Positions 20,011 to 29,894 are shown, counted from the first letter of the stretch. The stretch: DNA of 64,000 bases from an uncultured Bacilli bacterium (GCA_948497845.1 CAOOMX010000001.1:14753-78752), one strand, 5' to 3'. Program-made: numbers and translations. The notes: generated by a model not told the origin, from the sequence alone.

Positions 20011-20448
20011 ATGAAATTAAGTGAAATACCAAAAGAAGAATTAGAATTAATGGGTTATGATGATATTGCACATATAATATTACAAGAATCCGGTAAAAAG
20101 ATGAAGTTAGTTGATATTTTTAAGAAGGTTTGTACTTGTTTAGAATTGCCAGAAGCTACAGTTGAGGCACAATTGATGGATTTTTTTGAATTAATGTCTA
20201 TAAATAAAAAATTTACTATGTTAGATAATGGCTATTGGGATTTACAATCTCGTCATAAAGTTGATATTATCATCGAAGACGGAGAAGATGAAGAGGAATT
20301 ACCAGAAGTTGATGTTGAAGTTGAAGATGAAACAAATGAAGAAGACGAAGATTTATTTTATGATAAAGATGACGATACAGATGATGTTGTGGAAGATGAA
20401 TTATCTGATTTAATGGTTATTGATACCGATGATGAACAAAATATGTAA
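20011..20448 (+). CDS. rpoE: DNA-directed RNA polymerase delta subunit (RpoE)
   Basis: HARE-HTH N-terminal domain plus a long Asp/Glu-rich C-terminal tail. ATG 20011 has Shine-Dalgarno GGAGGA. The track start at 19972 overlaps argS. Confidence 0.7.
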   Translation: MKLSEIPKEELELMGYDDIAHIILQESGKKMKLVDIFKKVCTCLELPEATVEAQLMDFFELMSINKKFTMLDNGYWDLQSRHKVDIIIEDGEDEEELPEVDVEVEDETNEEDEDLFYDKDDDTDDVVEDELSDLMVIDTDDEQNM

Positions 20449-20470
20449 AATGTTAATAAAATAACTTTAT

Positions 20471-20499
20471 AAGAACTTAATGTATTAGGTTCTTTTTTG
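20471..20499 (+). terminator. Intrinsic terminator after rpoE
   Basis: AAGAAC...GTTCTT hairpin followed by tttttt. Confidence 0.5.
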
Positions 20500-20586
20500 T
20501 TAAAATGTATAAAAAAATACTTTCGAAAGAAGTACTTGTATTTTTGGCTTCTTTTCGATAAAATTAAGTGAAGGAGGAAAGAACTT

Positions 20587-21654
20587 ATGTTTAATCGACT
20601 TGATGCAATAGTAGAAAAATTTAATGCTTTATCTGAGGAGTTAGTAAAGCCAGAGATTTTAAATAATTTTAATGAATTGAAGAAGCTTAGTAAAGAACAA
20701 AGTGATTTAAAAGAAACAGTTGAAGTTTATGAAGAATATAAAAAAGTAAGAGAAAATTTAAAACAGGCTCATGAAATGGAAAGTGATCCTGAATTAAAAG
20801 AAATTGCTTTACAGGAAATTGAAGCTTTAGAAAGTAAAGAAAAAGAATTATATGGTAAATTAGAAATATTGTTGGTTCCTAAGGATGAAAATGATGGAAA
20901 AAACGTTATTATGGAAATAAGAGGAGCTGCTGGTGGAGATGAAGCTAATATTTTTGCTGGAGATTTATTTAGAATGTATAGTTATTATGCAGAAGCAAAT
21001 GGATGGAAAATAGAAGTAGTTCATGAAATTGAAGGAGCTAGTGGTGGCTATTCTCAAATTGAATTTATGGTTAAGGGAGATAATGTATATTCTAAGATGA
21101 AATATGAAAGCGGTTCTCACAGAGTACAAAGAATACCTGCTACTGAAACTCAAGGTAGAGTTCATACCTCAACAGCTACTGTTTTGGTGATGCCTGAGGT
21201 TGAAACCGCTAATATTGATATTAAAGAATCTGATTTAAAAATAGACGTGTATCATTCAAGTGGGGCTGGTGGTCAATCTGTAAATACTGCTAATTCAGCT
21301 GTCCGTATAACACATGTTCCCACTGGAGTGGTAGTTACTTGTCAAACTGAAAGAAGTCAATTAAGAAATAAAGAACGAGCTATGAACTTACTTAAAATTA
21401 AAATTAATGATGAAATGATGCATGCTCAAGAAAGTGCTATTGGTGCAGAGCGTAAATCTAAAATTGGTACAGGTGATAGAAGCGAAAAGATAAGAACATA
21501 TAATTATCCACAAAATAGAGTAACAGATCACCGAATTAATTTTTCTATTATGGCTCTTGATAGGGTTATGGATGGAGATATGCATCCTATTGTAGATGCC
21601 TTAATTAATGAAGATTTGAAACTAAAGTTAGCTGGAGAAAATCTTGAACAGTAA
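20587..21654 (+). CDS. prfA: Peptide chain release factor 1
   Basis: GGQ motif (SSGAGGQSVNT), PxT-type domain, length 355 aa. Confidence 0.9.
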   Translation: MFNRLDAIVEKFNALSEELVKPEILNNFNELKKLSKEQSDLKETVEVYEEYKKVRENLKQAHEMESDPELKEIALQEIEALESKEKELYGKLEILLVPKDENDGKNVIMEIRGAAGGDEANIFAGDLFRMYSYYAEANGWKIEVVHEIEGASGGYSQIEFMVKGDNVYSKMKYESGSHRVQRIPATETQGRVHTSTATVLVMPEVETANIDIKESDLKIDVYHSSGAGGQSVNTANSAVRITHVPTGVVVTCQTERSQLRNKERAMNLLKIKINDEMMHAQESAIGAERKSKIGTGDRSEKIRTYNYPQNRVTDHRINFSIMALDRVMDGDMHPIVDALINEDLKLKLAGENLEQ

Positions 21655-22357
21655 GGATCTTTTAGAAAAATATGTACCTTTTGAAAGACAAGAAGAAGCA
21701 AAAGAAATGGAAAAAAGAGGGGTTCCTATTCAATATATTATTGGTAATGTTGATTTTTGTGGGAATCTTATTTTTGTTGATGAGCGAGTGTTAATTCCTC
21801 GTTTTGAAACAGAAGAGTTGGTTGATAGAACAATAAAGCTAGCGAAAGAGCGCTTTAAAAGAAGAATTCATATTGTTGATTTGGGTACAGGTAGTGGTTG
21901 TATAGCCATTAGTATGAAAAAAGCTTTAGATAGTTTAGTTACTGCTGTTGATATATCAGAAGAAGCATTAGATTTAGCTAAAGAAAATGCTTTATTTCAT
22001 CAGGTAGATATAGATTTTGTTCATGCTGATATAAGCAATTGTTTATCACAAAAATATGATATTATTATTTCTAACCCGCCTTATATTCCATTTGATGGCT
22101 TTGTGCAAGAAAATGTAAAACAATATGAACCGCATTTGGCTTTGTTTGCAAAAGATTATGGGCTTTACTTTTATAAGAAAATTTTATCTTATGCCTTTTC
22201 TTGTTTACATAAAGAAGGCTTTATTGCTTTTGAAATAGGGGATGGACAAAAAGAATTGTTGGAAGAGTATTTACGAACGAATTTTAAAGAGAAGAAATAC
22301 TGTTTTCAAAAGGATTTAGCAGGATTATATCGATATCTTTTTATATTTAATGAATAA
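21644..22357 (+). CDS. prmC: Release factor glutamine N5-methyltransferase PrmC (HemK)
   Basis: NPPY motif (ISNPPYIP), SAM-binding DLGTGSGCIA. Overlaps the prfA stop. Confidence 0.85.
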   Translation: MNSKDLLEKYVPFERQEEAKEMEKRGVPIQYIIGNVDFCGNLIFVDERVLIPRFETEELVDRTIKLAKERFKRRIHIVDLGTGSGCIAISMKKALDSLVTAVDISEEALDLAKENALFHQVDIDFVHADISNCLSQKYDIIISNPPYIPFDGFVQENVKQYEPHLALFAKDYGLYFYKKILSYAFSCLHKEGFIAFEIGDGQKELLEEYLRTNFKEKKYCFQKDLAGLYRYLFIFNE

Positions 22358-22398
22358 ATAACTAAAATAATGCTCTATATCTTTTGTAGGTGAAAGGT

Positions 22399-22911
22399 AT
22401 GAAAAAGATTTTAGTTATTTTATTTTTGATAAGTATAGGATTAATGTTTAGTGTAAAAGAAGAAGGAAAAGTTATTATTCCTACGAGTGCTATACGTTAT
22501 AGAATTATTGCTAGTAGTAATGATTTTCATCATCAAGAAGAAAAACTTATGATTCATTCAGAAATAGAACCTATCATCAATACGGTGCTTATGAATTCTT
22601 CTACAATAGATGAATCAAGAGAAAATATTAAAGAAGCAATCCCTAAAATAGAGAATATTATTTCTAAATATAATACACCATATGATATTAACTATGGAAT
22701 GAATTATTTTCCCGAAAAGGTTTATAAAGATGTTACTTATAAAGAAGGAAACTATGAATCTTTAGTTATTACTTTAGGAGATGGTTTGGGAGATAATTGG
22801 TGGTGTGTTTTATTCCCTCCCTTATGTCTTTTAGAGGCTAAAGAAACGGAATTTGAAGACGCTACATATTCTTTATATATTAAAACTGTTTTAGATAAGT
22901 TTCATTCATAA
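22399..22911 (+). CDS. spoIIR: Stage II sporulation protein R (SpoIIR)
   Basis: Signal peptide, IRYRIIASSND and the diagnostic GDNWWCVLFPPLC motif. ATG 22399 has AGGTGAAAGG upstream. Confidence 0.7.
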   Translation: MKKILVILFLISIGLMFSVKEEGKVIIPTSAIRYRIIASSNDFHHQEEKLMIHSEIEPIINTVLMNSSTIDESRENIKEAIPKIENIISKYNTPYDINYGMNYFPEKVYKDVTYKEGNYESLVITLGDGLGDNWWCVLFPPLCLLEAKETEFEDATYSLYIKTVLDKFHS

Positions 22912-22949
22912 TTATAGTTCATGCTCATATAATTTCGTAAGGTGATGAC

Positions 22950-23483
22950 ATGAAAGAGATTGTATCCATTTTGATGATAGGTGTATCTTTATCAATGGAT
23001 ACTTTTTCTTTGTCTTTAAGTTTGGGTTCTTTATCTCAAAATAAAACTTTGAAAATAATTCCTTTGGTCGTAGGCCTTTTTCACTTTTTTATGCCTATTT
23101 TAGGTAATTTAATAGGACAAAAATTAGTTGTTGTTTTTAGTTTGACAAGCCATATATTATTAGGTTTTATTCTCATTGCTTTGGCGATTAATCTTGCCAT
23201 CCATTATTTTAAGGATGAAGATGTTCATATAAATCTATCTTTTTTAGGTATTATCCTCTTTGCTTTAAGTGTAAGTTTTGATAGCTTTACAGTAGGTATG
23301 GGGCTTCGTGCTATAACTGAAAAAATTGATGTTGCTAGTGCCATTTTTGCTTTGTGTAGTGCTAGTTTTACATATTTAGGTATTTTGATTGGACGTTATA
23401 GTAGTCAGTTTTTAGGCAAATATGCTAGTCTTATTGGTATAATTGTATTATTATGTTTAGGTGTATACCATTTGTTTGTTTAA
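22950..23483 (+). CDS. MntP/YtaF-family (DUF204) membrane protein, putative Mn efflux / sporulation membrane protein
   Basis: Six short TM segments. Duplicated SMDTFSLS and SFDSFTVG half-motifs typical of DUF204. Confidence 0.55.
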   Translation: MKEIVSILMIGVSLSMDTFSLSLSLGSLSQNKTLKIIPLVVGLFHFFMPILGNLIGQKLVVVFSLTSHILLGFILIALAINLAIHYFKDEDVHINLSFLGIILFALSVSFDSFTVGMGLRAITEKIDVASAIFALCSASFTYLGILIGRYSSQFLGKYASLIGIIVLLCLGVYHLFV

Positions 23484-23544
23484 ATTGACAAAAAGACTTT
23501 TAGGTTTTATAGTTAATTAGATATTTCATGAAAGTTGGTGGGTT

Positions 23545-24798
23545 ATGAAAAAAATACTAATCGAAGGAAATCATTTGCTTTCTGGTACAATTAAAATCGG
23601 AGGAGTGAAAAATAGTGCTGTTGCATTACTTCCTACTGCTATTATGGCCAAAGGTGTTGTTGAAATTGCTAATGTTCCTAATATTTCAGATAAGGATGCT
23701 ATATTGGATATTTTAAAAAAGTTAAATGTTAATGTTACAAATCAAGATAGTTATTTTAGAATTGATGCTACAGATATTAAAAATACTGTTATTCCTGAAG
23801 AGCTAAGTAAAAAATTAAGAGCTTCGTATTATTTTATGGGAGCTTTATTAGGGCGTTTTAAATACGCGGAGATTTATTTACCAGGAGGATGTAATATTGG
23901 TGCTCGACCTATTGATTTACATTTAAAAGGTTTTGAAGCAATGGGCGTTGATATTATTAAAGAAAATGATAAGTATATTTTAACCGCTGAACATTTACAT
24001 GGAGCAGATATTCATCTTGATTTTGCAAGTGTTGGTGCAACTGTTAATATTTTACTTGCTGCTACTTTGGCAGAAGGAAAAACTGTTATTCATAACGCTG
24101 CTAAAGAAGTTGAGATTATTAATATTGCTGATCTTTTAAACCGAATGGGAGGCAAGATTACAGGAGCAGGGACAGATACCATAGTTATTATAGGGGTAGA
24201 ATCTTTACATGGTGCTAAAATAGATGTTATACCAGATAGAATTGAAGCAGGTACTTATATTATAATGGGAGCTTTGCTTGGAGATGGTTTAATTATTGAA
24301 GGTGTTGTTTTTGAACATTTAAAAAGTTTATTAGAAAAGTTGGAATTAATGGGTGTAGATTTTACTATTGATAAGGATAAAATTACTCTGAATAAAAGTG
24401 CGTCTTTACGTTCTATTGATGTTGTTACAGAAGTCTATCCAGGTTTCCCAACAGATTTAGGTCAGCCAATGTCTGTTTTGTTAACACAGGCTAGTGGTGT
24501 CTCTCATATAAAAGAAACTATTTTTGAAAATAGAATGGCTCATACAAAATATTTAAATATTATGGGGGCAAGAATTGATGCGTCATTAACAGAGGCTACT
24601 ATTACAGGGCCAAACGCTTTGCGTGGTGAAAAAATAGTAGCAACAGATTTACGTAGTGGAGCGGCTTTGGTAACAGCTGGTTTAATAGCGAGTGGTGTTA
24701 CAGAGATATATGATGTTGATTATATTTTAAGGGGATATGAAAGAATTATTAATAAATTATCTGATGTAGGTGCTAAGATAGAAATTGTTGAAATATAA
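23545..24798 (+). CDS. murA: UDP-N-acetylglucosamine 1-carboxyvinyltransferase
   Basis: 417 aa. Active-site Cys in PGGCNIGARPIDLH. EPSP-synthase fold motifs. Confidence 0.9.
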   Translation: MKKILIEGNHLLSGTIKIGGVKNSAVALLPTAIMAKGVVEIANVPNISDKDAILDILKKLNVNVTNQDSYFRIDATDIKNTVIPEELSKKLRASYYFMGALLGRFKYAEIYLPGGCNIGARPIDLHLKGFEAMGVDIIKENDKYILTAEHLHGADIHLDFASVGATVNILLAATLAEGKTVIHNAAKEVEIINIADLLNRMGGKITGAGTDTIVIIGVESLHGAKIDVIPDRIEAGTYIIMGALLGDGLIIEGVVFEHLKSLLEKLELMGVDFTIDKDKITLNKSASLRSIDVVTEVYPGFPTDLGQPMSVLLTQASGVSHIKETIFENRMAHTKYLNIMGARIDASLTEATITGPNALRGEKIVATDLRSGAALVTAGLIASGVTEIYDVDYILRGYERIINKLSDVGAKIEIVEI

Positions 24799-24800
24799 TT

Positions 24801-24827
24801 GTAGAGAAAAGGTCTCTACTTTTTTAT
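24801..24827 (+). terminator. Intrinsic terminator after murA
   Basis: GTAGAGA-aaagg-TCTCTAC hairpin followed by tttttt. Confidence 0.6.
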
Positions 24828-24839
24828 TGGAGGTAGGTT

Positions 24840-25538
24840 ATGAAGCTGAAATATAAAATATTTATTATTGTATTTATAGGAACTATATTTACTATTTTTA
24901 TTAGTTCTAAGACTATGGATCAAAAAGTAACAGTTGTTGCTATAGGAGATGGTTTATCTCTTGGAATGACTTCTTATGATATGGTAGGAGTTAGTTACAA
25001 TGATTATTTAACAGATGATTTAGAAAAAAAAGATGTTTTGCAAAATTTTAATAATGAATACTCTATTGAACATCAAACCATTGAAGAATTATATATGGCA
25101 CTTGATAAAAATGAAAAAGGACACAAAACCAGTGTTGCTATTAAACAAACGCTAGCTAAAGCAGAAGTTATCACCCTTGGCATAGGTATGGATGAATTTG
25201 TTGATTATTCTATTAAAAATAAATTAAATGATGAGCAAATAGAAAAGTTCTTACAATATTTTAATGCTGTTTTAAAAAATATACGATCATTTTATGATAA
25301 GGAATTAATTGTTATAAGTCTATATCCGATATATGGATTAGATAAAAATACTATTTTTAGTATAAATCAAAGAATTTTAGAAATTACACATCAGAATAAA
25401 GCTAAATTTTTAGATATTACGGCATTGTCTTTAAATCCTGAATATTATGCGGATGGTACAAGTTATTACATGAACTATAAAGGGCATCTTGCAATATATA
25501 AACAACTTATTAAATTACTTCCGTTAAATCTAATATAA
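24840..25538 (+). CDS. Membrane-anchored hypothetical protein, possibly an SGNH/GDSL-like hydrolase
   Basis: N-terminal TM. VVAIGDGLSLG resembles a degenerate GDSL block I. Weak assignment. Confidence 0.3.
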   Translation: MKLKYKIFIIVFIGTIFTIFISSKTMDQKVTVVAIGDGLSLGMTSYDMVGVSYNDYLTDDLEKKDVLQNFNNEYSIEHQTIEELYMALDKNEKGHKTSVAIKQTLAKAEVITLGIGMDEFVDYSIKNKLNDEQIEKFLQYFNAVLKNIRSFYDKELIVISLYPIYGLDKNTIFSINQRILEITHQNKAKFLDITALSLNPEYYADGTSYYMNYKGHLAIYKQLIKLLPLNLI

Positions 25539-25565
25539 AAGTTTTAGAAAATGTATAATTAAGGC

Positions 25566-25594
25566 TTGATACTTGTTTGGGAATATATTATAAT
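25566..25594 (+). promoter_or_regulatory. Sigma-A promoter for rpmE (TTGATA, 17 nt spacer, TATAAT)
   Basis: TTGATA at 25566-25571 and TATAAT at 25589-25594. Confidence 0.5.
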
Positions 25595-25651
25595 ACATAA
25601 GACATGAGAAATACTATGCTATGATTTGTAGTATGGCGGAAGGAGAGAAAT

Positions 25652-25864
25652 ATGAAAGCAAATATTCATCCAGAAATGAAAGAAACGACAGTTACTTGTG
25701 CTTGTGGAGCTACTTTTAAAACTATGTCTACAAAAGAAAAAATCGATGTAGAAATTTGTAGCGAATGTCATCCAGTTTATACAGGTCAACAAGGAAAAGT
25801 AATGAAGACTGGTAATATTGAAAAATTCAATAAGAAATTTGGATTAAATCAAGAACAAAAGTAG
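25652..25864 (+). CDS. rpmE: 50S ribosomal protein L31 (Zn-ribbon type)
   Basis: [22 protein letters not shown]...[12 protein letters not shown], with C-x-C...C-x-x-H zinc ligands. Confidence 0.85.
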   Translation: MKANIHPEMKETTVTCACGATFKTMSTKEKIDVEICSECHPVYTGQQGKVMKTGNIEKFNKKFGLNQEQK

Positions 25865-25907
25865 AAATATTTTTGTTTTTTTCAAGCCTTCTTTTTTATA
25901 AAAAAAT

Positions 25908-26384
25908 ATGGTATATTATAAAGATAGGGAGAGGATTATTATAAAAATTTTTATTGGAGCAGATCATAGAGGGGCTAAATATAAAGAAGAAATAATAGAT
26001 TATCTAATGGCATCTGAGCAGGAAGTTATTGATACTGGATTAGAGAATAATCCTGTTGATGATCATTTAGATTTCGCTGTAATAGTATGTGAAAATGTTT
26101 TGAAAAATCCAGGTAGTGTTGGATTGCTTTTTTGTAGTACAGGAATTGGTATGTCAATAGATGCTAATAAAATAAAGGGTATTTATTGTGCTAAAGTAGA
26201 TGATAAAGATGATGCTTTTTATGCAAAGAATCATAATGATGCTAATGTGTTAGCTTTTGGAGTTAAACATGATATTGAGAGTATTAAAGAAATGATAGAT
26301 ACTTTTTTAGTTACTAAGGGACCTAATGAAGAGAAATATTTAAGAAGAATAGAGAAAGTAAAACAATTGGAGAATAAGGCATAA
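25908..26384 (+). CDS. rpiB: Ribose-5-phosphate isomerase B (RpiB/LacAB family); true start codon uncertain
   Basis: IFIGADHRGAKYKEEI, LLFCSTGIGMSIDANKIKGIYCA, NDANVLAFG. A strong Shine-Dalgarno GGGAGAGGA at 25927-25935 points to a non-ATG (ATT/ATA) start near 25937-25942, not the track ATG. Confidence 0.65.
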   Translation: MVYYKDRERIIIKIFIGADHRGAKYKEEIIDYLMASEQEVIDTGLENNPVDDHLDFAVIVCENVLKNPGSVGLLFCSTGIGMSIDANKIKGIYCAKVDDKDDAFYAKNHNDANVLAFGVKHDIESIKEMIDTFLVTKGPNEEKYLRRIEKVKQLENKA

Positions 26385-26385
26385 A

Positions 26386-26583
26386 ATGGATTATACAGTC
26401 ATATTATATATTGTCTTTACCTTTTTAGCGGCGTTTGGTATATCAGGAATTAATTTTAATGGTATTATTAAGAAAGGAAAAGAAAGAGAAGCAAAAGTAC
26501 TAGTAATGATGTTAAGTTTTGCTTTGGGATATTTAGTTACAAAGTTTGTGATTGCTTTTTTAGATTTAACAGCAATTATTTAA
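26386..26583 (+). CDS. Small two-TM membrane protein (hypothetical)
   Basis: 65-aa hydrophobic ORF tightly coupled downstream of rpiB. Confidence 0.25.
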   Translation: MDYTVILYIVFTFLAAFGISGINFNGIIKKGKEREAKVLVMMLSFALGYLVTKFVIAFLDLTAII

Positions 26584-26594
26584 ATGGAGGATAC

Positions 26595-27500
26595 ATGAAA
26601 AATAAATATTTGTTTTTGATGGTAGTTCTTTTAATGATTATAGCTTTATGGAGTAGTAAAAAAAATACTACTCCTTTTTTAGAGGAAGAAAAAGATGATA
26701 GGATAAGTGTTTATGATCAAGAGGAAGACCGTATAGAACAAGTTCTGTTAGAAGAATATATTCTTGGTGTGGTTGCAGCAGAAATGCCAGCATCTTTTCA
26801 TGAGGAGGCGTTAAAAGCGCAAGCTATTGCTGCTAGAAGTTATGCTGTTTATAAAATGGAGCATGCAACAAAGGATTATCATATAATAGCAGATATTTCT
26901 AATCAAGCTTATATTAATCAAGAGCAAATGAAAGATAAGTGGAAAGATGAGTATTCTTTTTATTATGGAAAAGTAAAAAAGGCTGTAGAGGATACAAAGG
27001 GTTTAGTTATGACTTATAATGATGAAGTGATAGAAGCTTTTTATTTTGCGATGAGTAATGGAAGTACAGAAGACTCCTTGCTCGTCTTTGGTTCTTCTAA
27101 AGATTATTTAGCAGTCGTTGATTCTTCATGGGATAAGGATGTTAATAACTTTATAGTTACCAACAAAATTTCTAAACAATCTTTTTGTGAAAAATTAAAT
27201 ATAGTTTGTGATGGGATTAAAGTGGATAATATAAATAAGTCTTCTAGTGGAAGAGTTAATACGATTAGAATTAATGATAAAACATTTAAAGGAACGGAAG
27301 TACGTAAATTATTAGATTTACGTTCAACTGATTTTGAAATTAATATTAGTGAGAAAATAGAGATTACTACAAAAGGTTATGGCCATGGCGTGGGAATGAG
27401 CCAGTATGGTGCTAATATGATGGCTAAAAATGGGAAAAATCATGAAGAGATTCTGCACCATTATTATCAAAATATTGAAATTGTAGATAAAAATGTATAA
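26595..27500 (+). CDS. spoIID: Stage II sporulation protein D (SpoIID/LytB lytic transglycosylase)
   Basis: SpoIID-domain block EEYILGVVAAEMPASFHEEALKAQAIAARSYAVYK. Signal anchor. Confidence 0.8.
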   Translation: MKNKYLFLMVVLLMIIALWSSKKNTTPFLEEEKDDRISVYDQEEDRIEQVLLEEYILGVVAAEMPASFHEEALKAQAIAARSYAVYKMEHATKDYHIIADISNQAYINQEQMKDKWKDEYSFYYGKVKKAVEDTKGLVMTYNDEVIEAFYFAMSNGSTEDSLLVFGSSKDYLAVVDSSWDKDVNNFIVTNKISKQSFCEKLNIVCDGIKVDNINKSSSGRVNTIRINDKTFKGTEVRKLLDLRSTDFEINISEKIEITTKGYGHGVGMSQYGANMMAKNGKNHEEILHHYYQNIEIVDKNV

Positions 27501-27542
27501 AACATAATAATTCGCTCCATACTTTAAGTAGGACGGTGAATT

Positions 27543-28190
27543 ATGAAGAAAAGAAAATTAAAAGGATTTGTTCTTCCAACCATTTATGTTTTGGTAATGG
27601 CTTTAGTATTTGTTAGTATTTCCATTTTAGGTAGTAGTTTAGAGGTTAGTTCTTATGATCATTTATCAGTGAGCGCTTTAAAAAAAGATAGTAAACCAGT
27701 GATATCTACAGATCAAGATAAAGAAACTAATAATGTTGAAGTAAAAATTGTTAAACCTTTTACTAATGAAAAAGTAAGTGTTAGTAAATCTTACTATGAT
27801 ATGCAAGATGATGAAACACGTCAGCAACAATCATTAGTTTATTATGAAAATACATATTTACAAAATAGTGGAGTCTTATATTCGGCTGATGAAGCATTTG
27901 AAATTAATACTGTTATGGATGGAACTGTAACAAAGGTTAGTGAAGATGAAATATTAGGGAAAGTTGTGGAAATTACCCATAATACGAATTTAAAAACAGT
28001 ATACTATAGTTTAAGTGAAATAAATGTTAAAAAAGATGATTTTGTAACAGGTGGTACTGTAATTGGAAAAAGTGGAGATAATAATTTAGCAAATGAAAAG
28101 GAAAATTGTTTATTGTTTGAAGTATATTATAATGGTTCAACTTTAGATCCTATAGATTTTTATAGTATGAATATTAATGATTTACAATAA
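27543..28190 (+). CDS. Membrane-anchored degenerate M23 (LytM) domain protein, SpoIIQ-like
   Basis: N-terminal TM. C-terminal M23-like block GTVTKVSEDEILGKVVEITHNTNLKTVYYSLSEINVKKDDFVTGGTVIGKSGDN lacks the catalytic His pair. It sits between spoIID and spoIIID as in clostridial genomes. Confidence 0.5.
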   Translation: MKKRKLKGFVLPTIYVLVMALVFVSISILGSSLEVSSYDHLSVSALKKDSKPVISTDQDKETNNVEVKIVKPFTNEKVSVSKSYYDMQDDETRQQQSLVYYENTYLQNSGVLYSADEAFEINTVMDGTVTKVSEDEILGKVVEITHNTNLKTVYYSLSEINVKKDDFVTGGTVIGKSGDNNLANEKENCLLFEVYYNGSTLDPIDFYSMNINDLQ

Positions 28191-28242
28191 ATACATAAAA
28201 ATACCTCTTAATAATAAAATTTATTAAGGGGTTGTTTAATAA

Positions 28243-28506
28243 ATGGATTTAAATATAAAAAGAAGAGTTTTAGAAGAAGCAAATAGTATTATAAAAACGA
28301 AGATGACTATAAGAGAATTATCGAAATATTTTAAAGTAAGTAAAAGTACTGTACATAAAGATTTAAGTGAAAGATTAAAAAAAGTAGATGAAGAATTGTA
28401 TGAACAAGTAGAAGTTATTTTAAAAACTCATTTTGATGAAAGGCATATAAGAGGGGGAGAAATGACTAGATTGCTTTATAGAAAGAAAAGGGAAGATAAT
28501 GGATAA
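28243..28506 (+). CDS. spoIIID: Stage III sporulation protein D (SpoIIID transcription factor)
   Basis: 87 aa. HTH TIRELSKYFKVSKSTVHKDLSERL and C-terminal HIRGGEMTRL closely resemble B. subtilis SpoIIID. Confidence 0.8.
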   Translation: MDLNIKRRVLEEANSIIKTKMTIRELSKYFKVSKSTVHKDLSERLKKVDEELYEQVEVILKTHFDERHIRGGEMTRLLYRKKREDNG

Positions 28507-29101
28507 AAATATTGTGTATTTAACAGATGAATATTTATATCTTTATAACAAAAAGAAAGATAATATATATAAAGTGGCTATGCCTAAAAATGTTATTATT
28601 AATGGGTATGTAGCTAATATTAATAAGTTTATAACTAAATATAGTTCTATATTAAAAGAATATAATTTGAATAATGGTTTAATTGGGGAAAAAATAAGAA
28701 TCATTGTTCATCCTAAGTATACTCCTGCTGATATAACTCTTTTAAAAAGTATTTTTGAGAAATTTAATTATCGTAAAATAACGATTGAAAATGAAGTTAA
28801 ATATTATAAAATGGAAGAAAAAAAGGCTTGGATTCATGTCAATAACGCATATTTATTATTAACTTTTTTTAATGAATATCATCGTATTGAAAATATTTTA
28901 GTTGAAAAGAACTTCTTTAACTCGAAAGAAGAAGTATTTCAATATATAAAATCTAAAATTAAGGATAAAGATCTATATTTAATTGGTGATGGACCTTTAT
29001 TAGATGAATTTTATGAATGTTTTGAAGAAAAGTTTGGAAATAAAACTTATACTTTTCATGATAGTGAAAACTATCTATTCTCTTGTCTAAAGAATTTGTA
29101 A
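28499..29101 (+). CDS. Hypothetical protein
   Basis: 200-aa ORF overlapping the spoIIID stop. No recognisable family. Confidence 0.3.
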   Translation: MDKNIVYLTDEYLYLYNKKKDNIYKVAMPKNVIINGYVANINKFITKYSSILKEYNLNNGLIGEKIRIIVHPKYTPADITLLKSIFEKFNYRKITIENEVKYYKMEEKKAWIHVNNAYLLLTFFNEYHRIENILVEKNFFNSKEEVFQYIKSKIKDKDLYLIGDGPLLDEFYECFEEKFGNKTYTFHDSENYLFSCLKNL

Positions 29102-29112
29102 AGTACGTAGAT

Positions 29113-29145
29113 TGTTATTTCAAATTCTTTTTTTCATGTTATAAT
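29113..29145 (+). promoter_or_regulatory. Putative promoter with extended -10 (TGTTATAAT)
   Basis: TGnTATAAT at 29137-29145 about 14 nt upstream of the next ATG. The -35 is poor. Confidence 0.35.
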
Positions 29146-29158
29146 CAAAGAGTGGCTT

Positions 29159-29878
29159 ATGATAAAAATAATATTAATTGGATGTGAAGGTCAATATTAT
29201 GCAGTTATAAAAAGTGTTGTTTCGCAATTGGATTTTTTGTTCGAGAGTGATTTGAAATTTGCTAGGTATGAAAATGAACAAAAAGAATTGAAAGAAGAAA
29301 TACTTAATTGTGAACATAAGAAAGTTTATCTTATACATGTAGGGATAGAAAATCAAGATACTCTTTTTAAGTGGGTTAAATTTATTAGAGATAATGATTG
29401 GAATAGTGAGATTATATTACTTAAAGAAGAAGCAGTACATTTAAATAAAAGTTGGCAAAAAGTATGTAGGATATTTACTGTAATTGATATTAATGTGGAT
29501 TTTGGTAAAGTATTGAGAAACGATTTGAAAATGATTTTAGATCATTTGTGTGAGGAAAAGACTTTTCGTTATAAAAATAGAGATATGAATTTAAGTATTT
29601 ATTTTGGTAGAATTCTTTATATTTATAGAGATACAAAGGATAGGAAAGTTGTTATAGTAACAGATACTAATACTTATACTTTAAATATTGGTCTGAAGGA
29701 TACTTTTTGTTTGTTGGATGAAAGATTTAGACAAGTGCATAGAGCTTGTGTTGTAAATGCTATGAGAGCAGAAAAGTTTGATTGGAATAAAAATAGTTTT
29801 ACTTTAGATAATGGTAGAGAAATAGATATGTTAAGTAAACACTATAAAGATAATATTAGTGATTTTATTGATTTTTAA
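29159..29878 (+). CDS. LytTR-family DNA-binding protein with a degenerate receiver-like N-terminus
   Basis: C-terminal FRQVHRACVVNAMRAEKFDWNKNSFTLDNGREIDMLSKHY matches the LytTR domain. Confidence 0.45.
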   Translation: MIKIILIGCEGQYYAVIKSVVSQLDFLFESDLKFARYENEQKELKEEILNCEHKKVYLIHVGIENQDTLFKWVKFIRDNDWNSEIILLKEEAVHLNKSWQKVCRIFTVIDINVDFGKVLRNDLKMILDHLCEEKTFRYKNRDMNLSIYFGRILYIYRDTKDRKVVIVTDTNTYTLNIGLKDTFCLLDERFRQVHRACVVNAMRAEKFDWNKNSFTLDNGREIDMLSKHYKDNISDFIDF

Positions 29879-29894
29879 AAAAGTATAAATGTAT

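Noticed and set aside
20228-20413. ORF inside rpoE in another frame
   Set aside because: It lies within the GA-rich Asp/Glu-tail coding region of rpoE. The Lys-rich alternate-frame translation is a compositional artefact.
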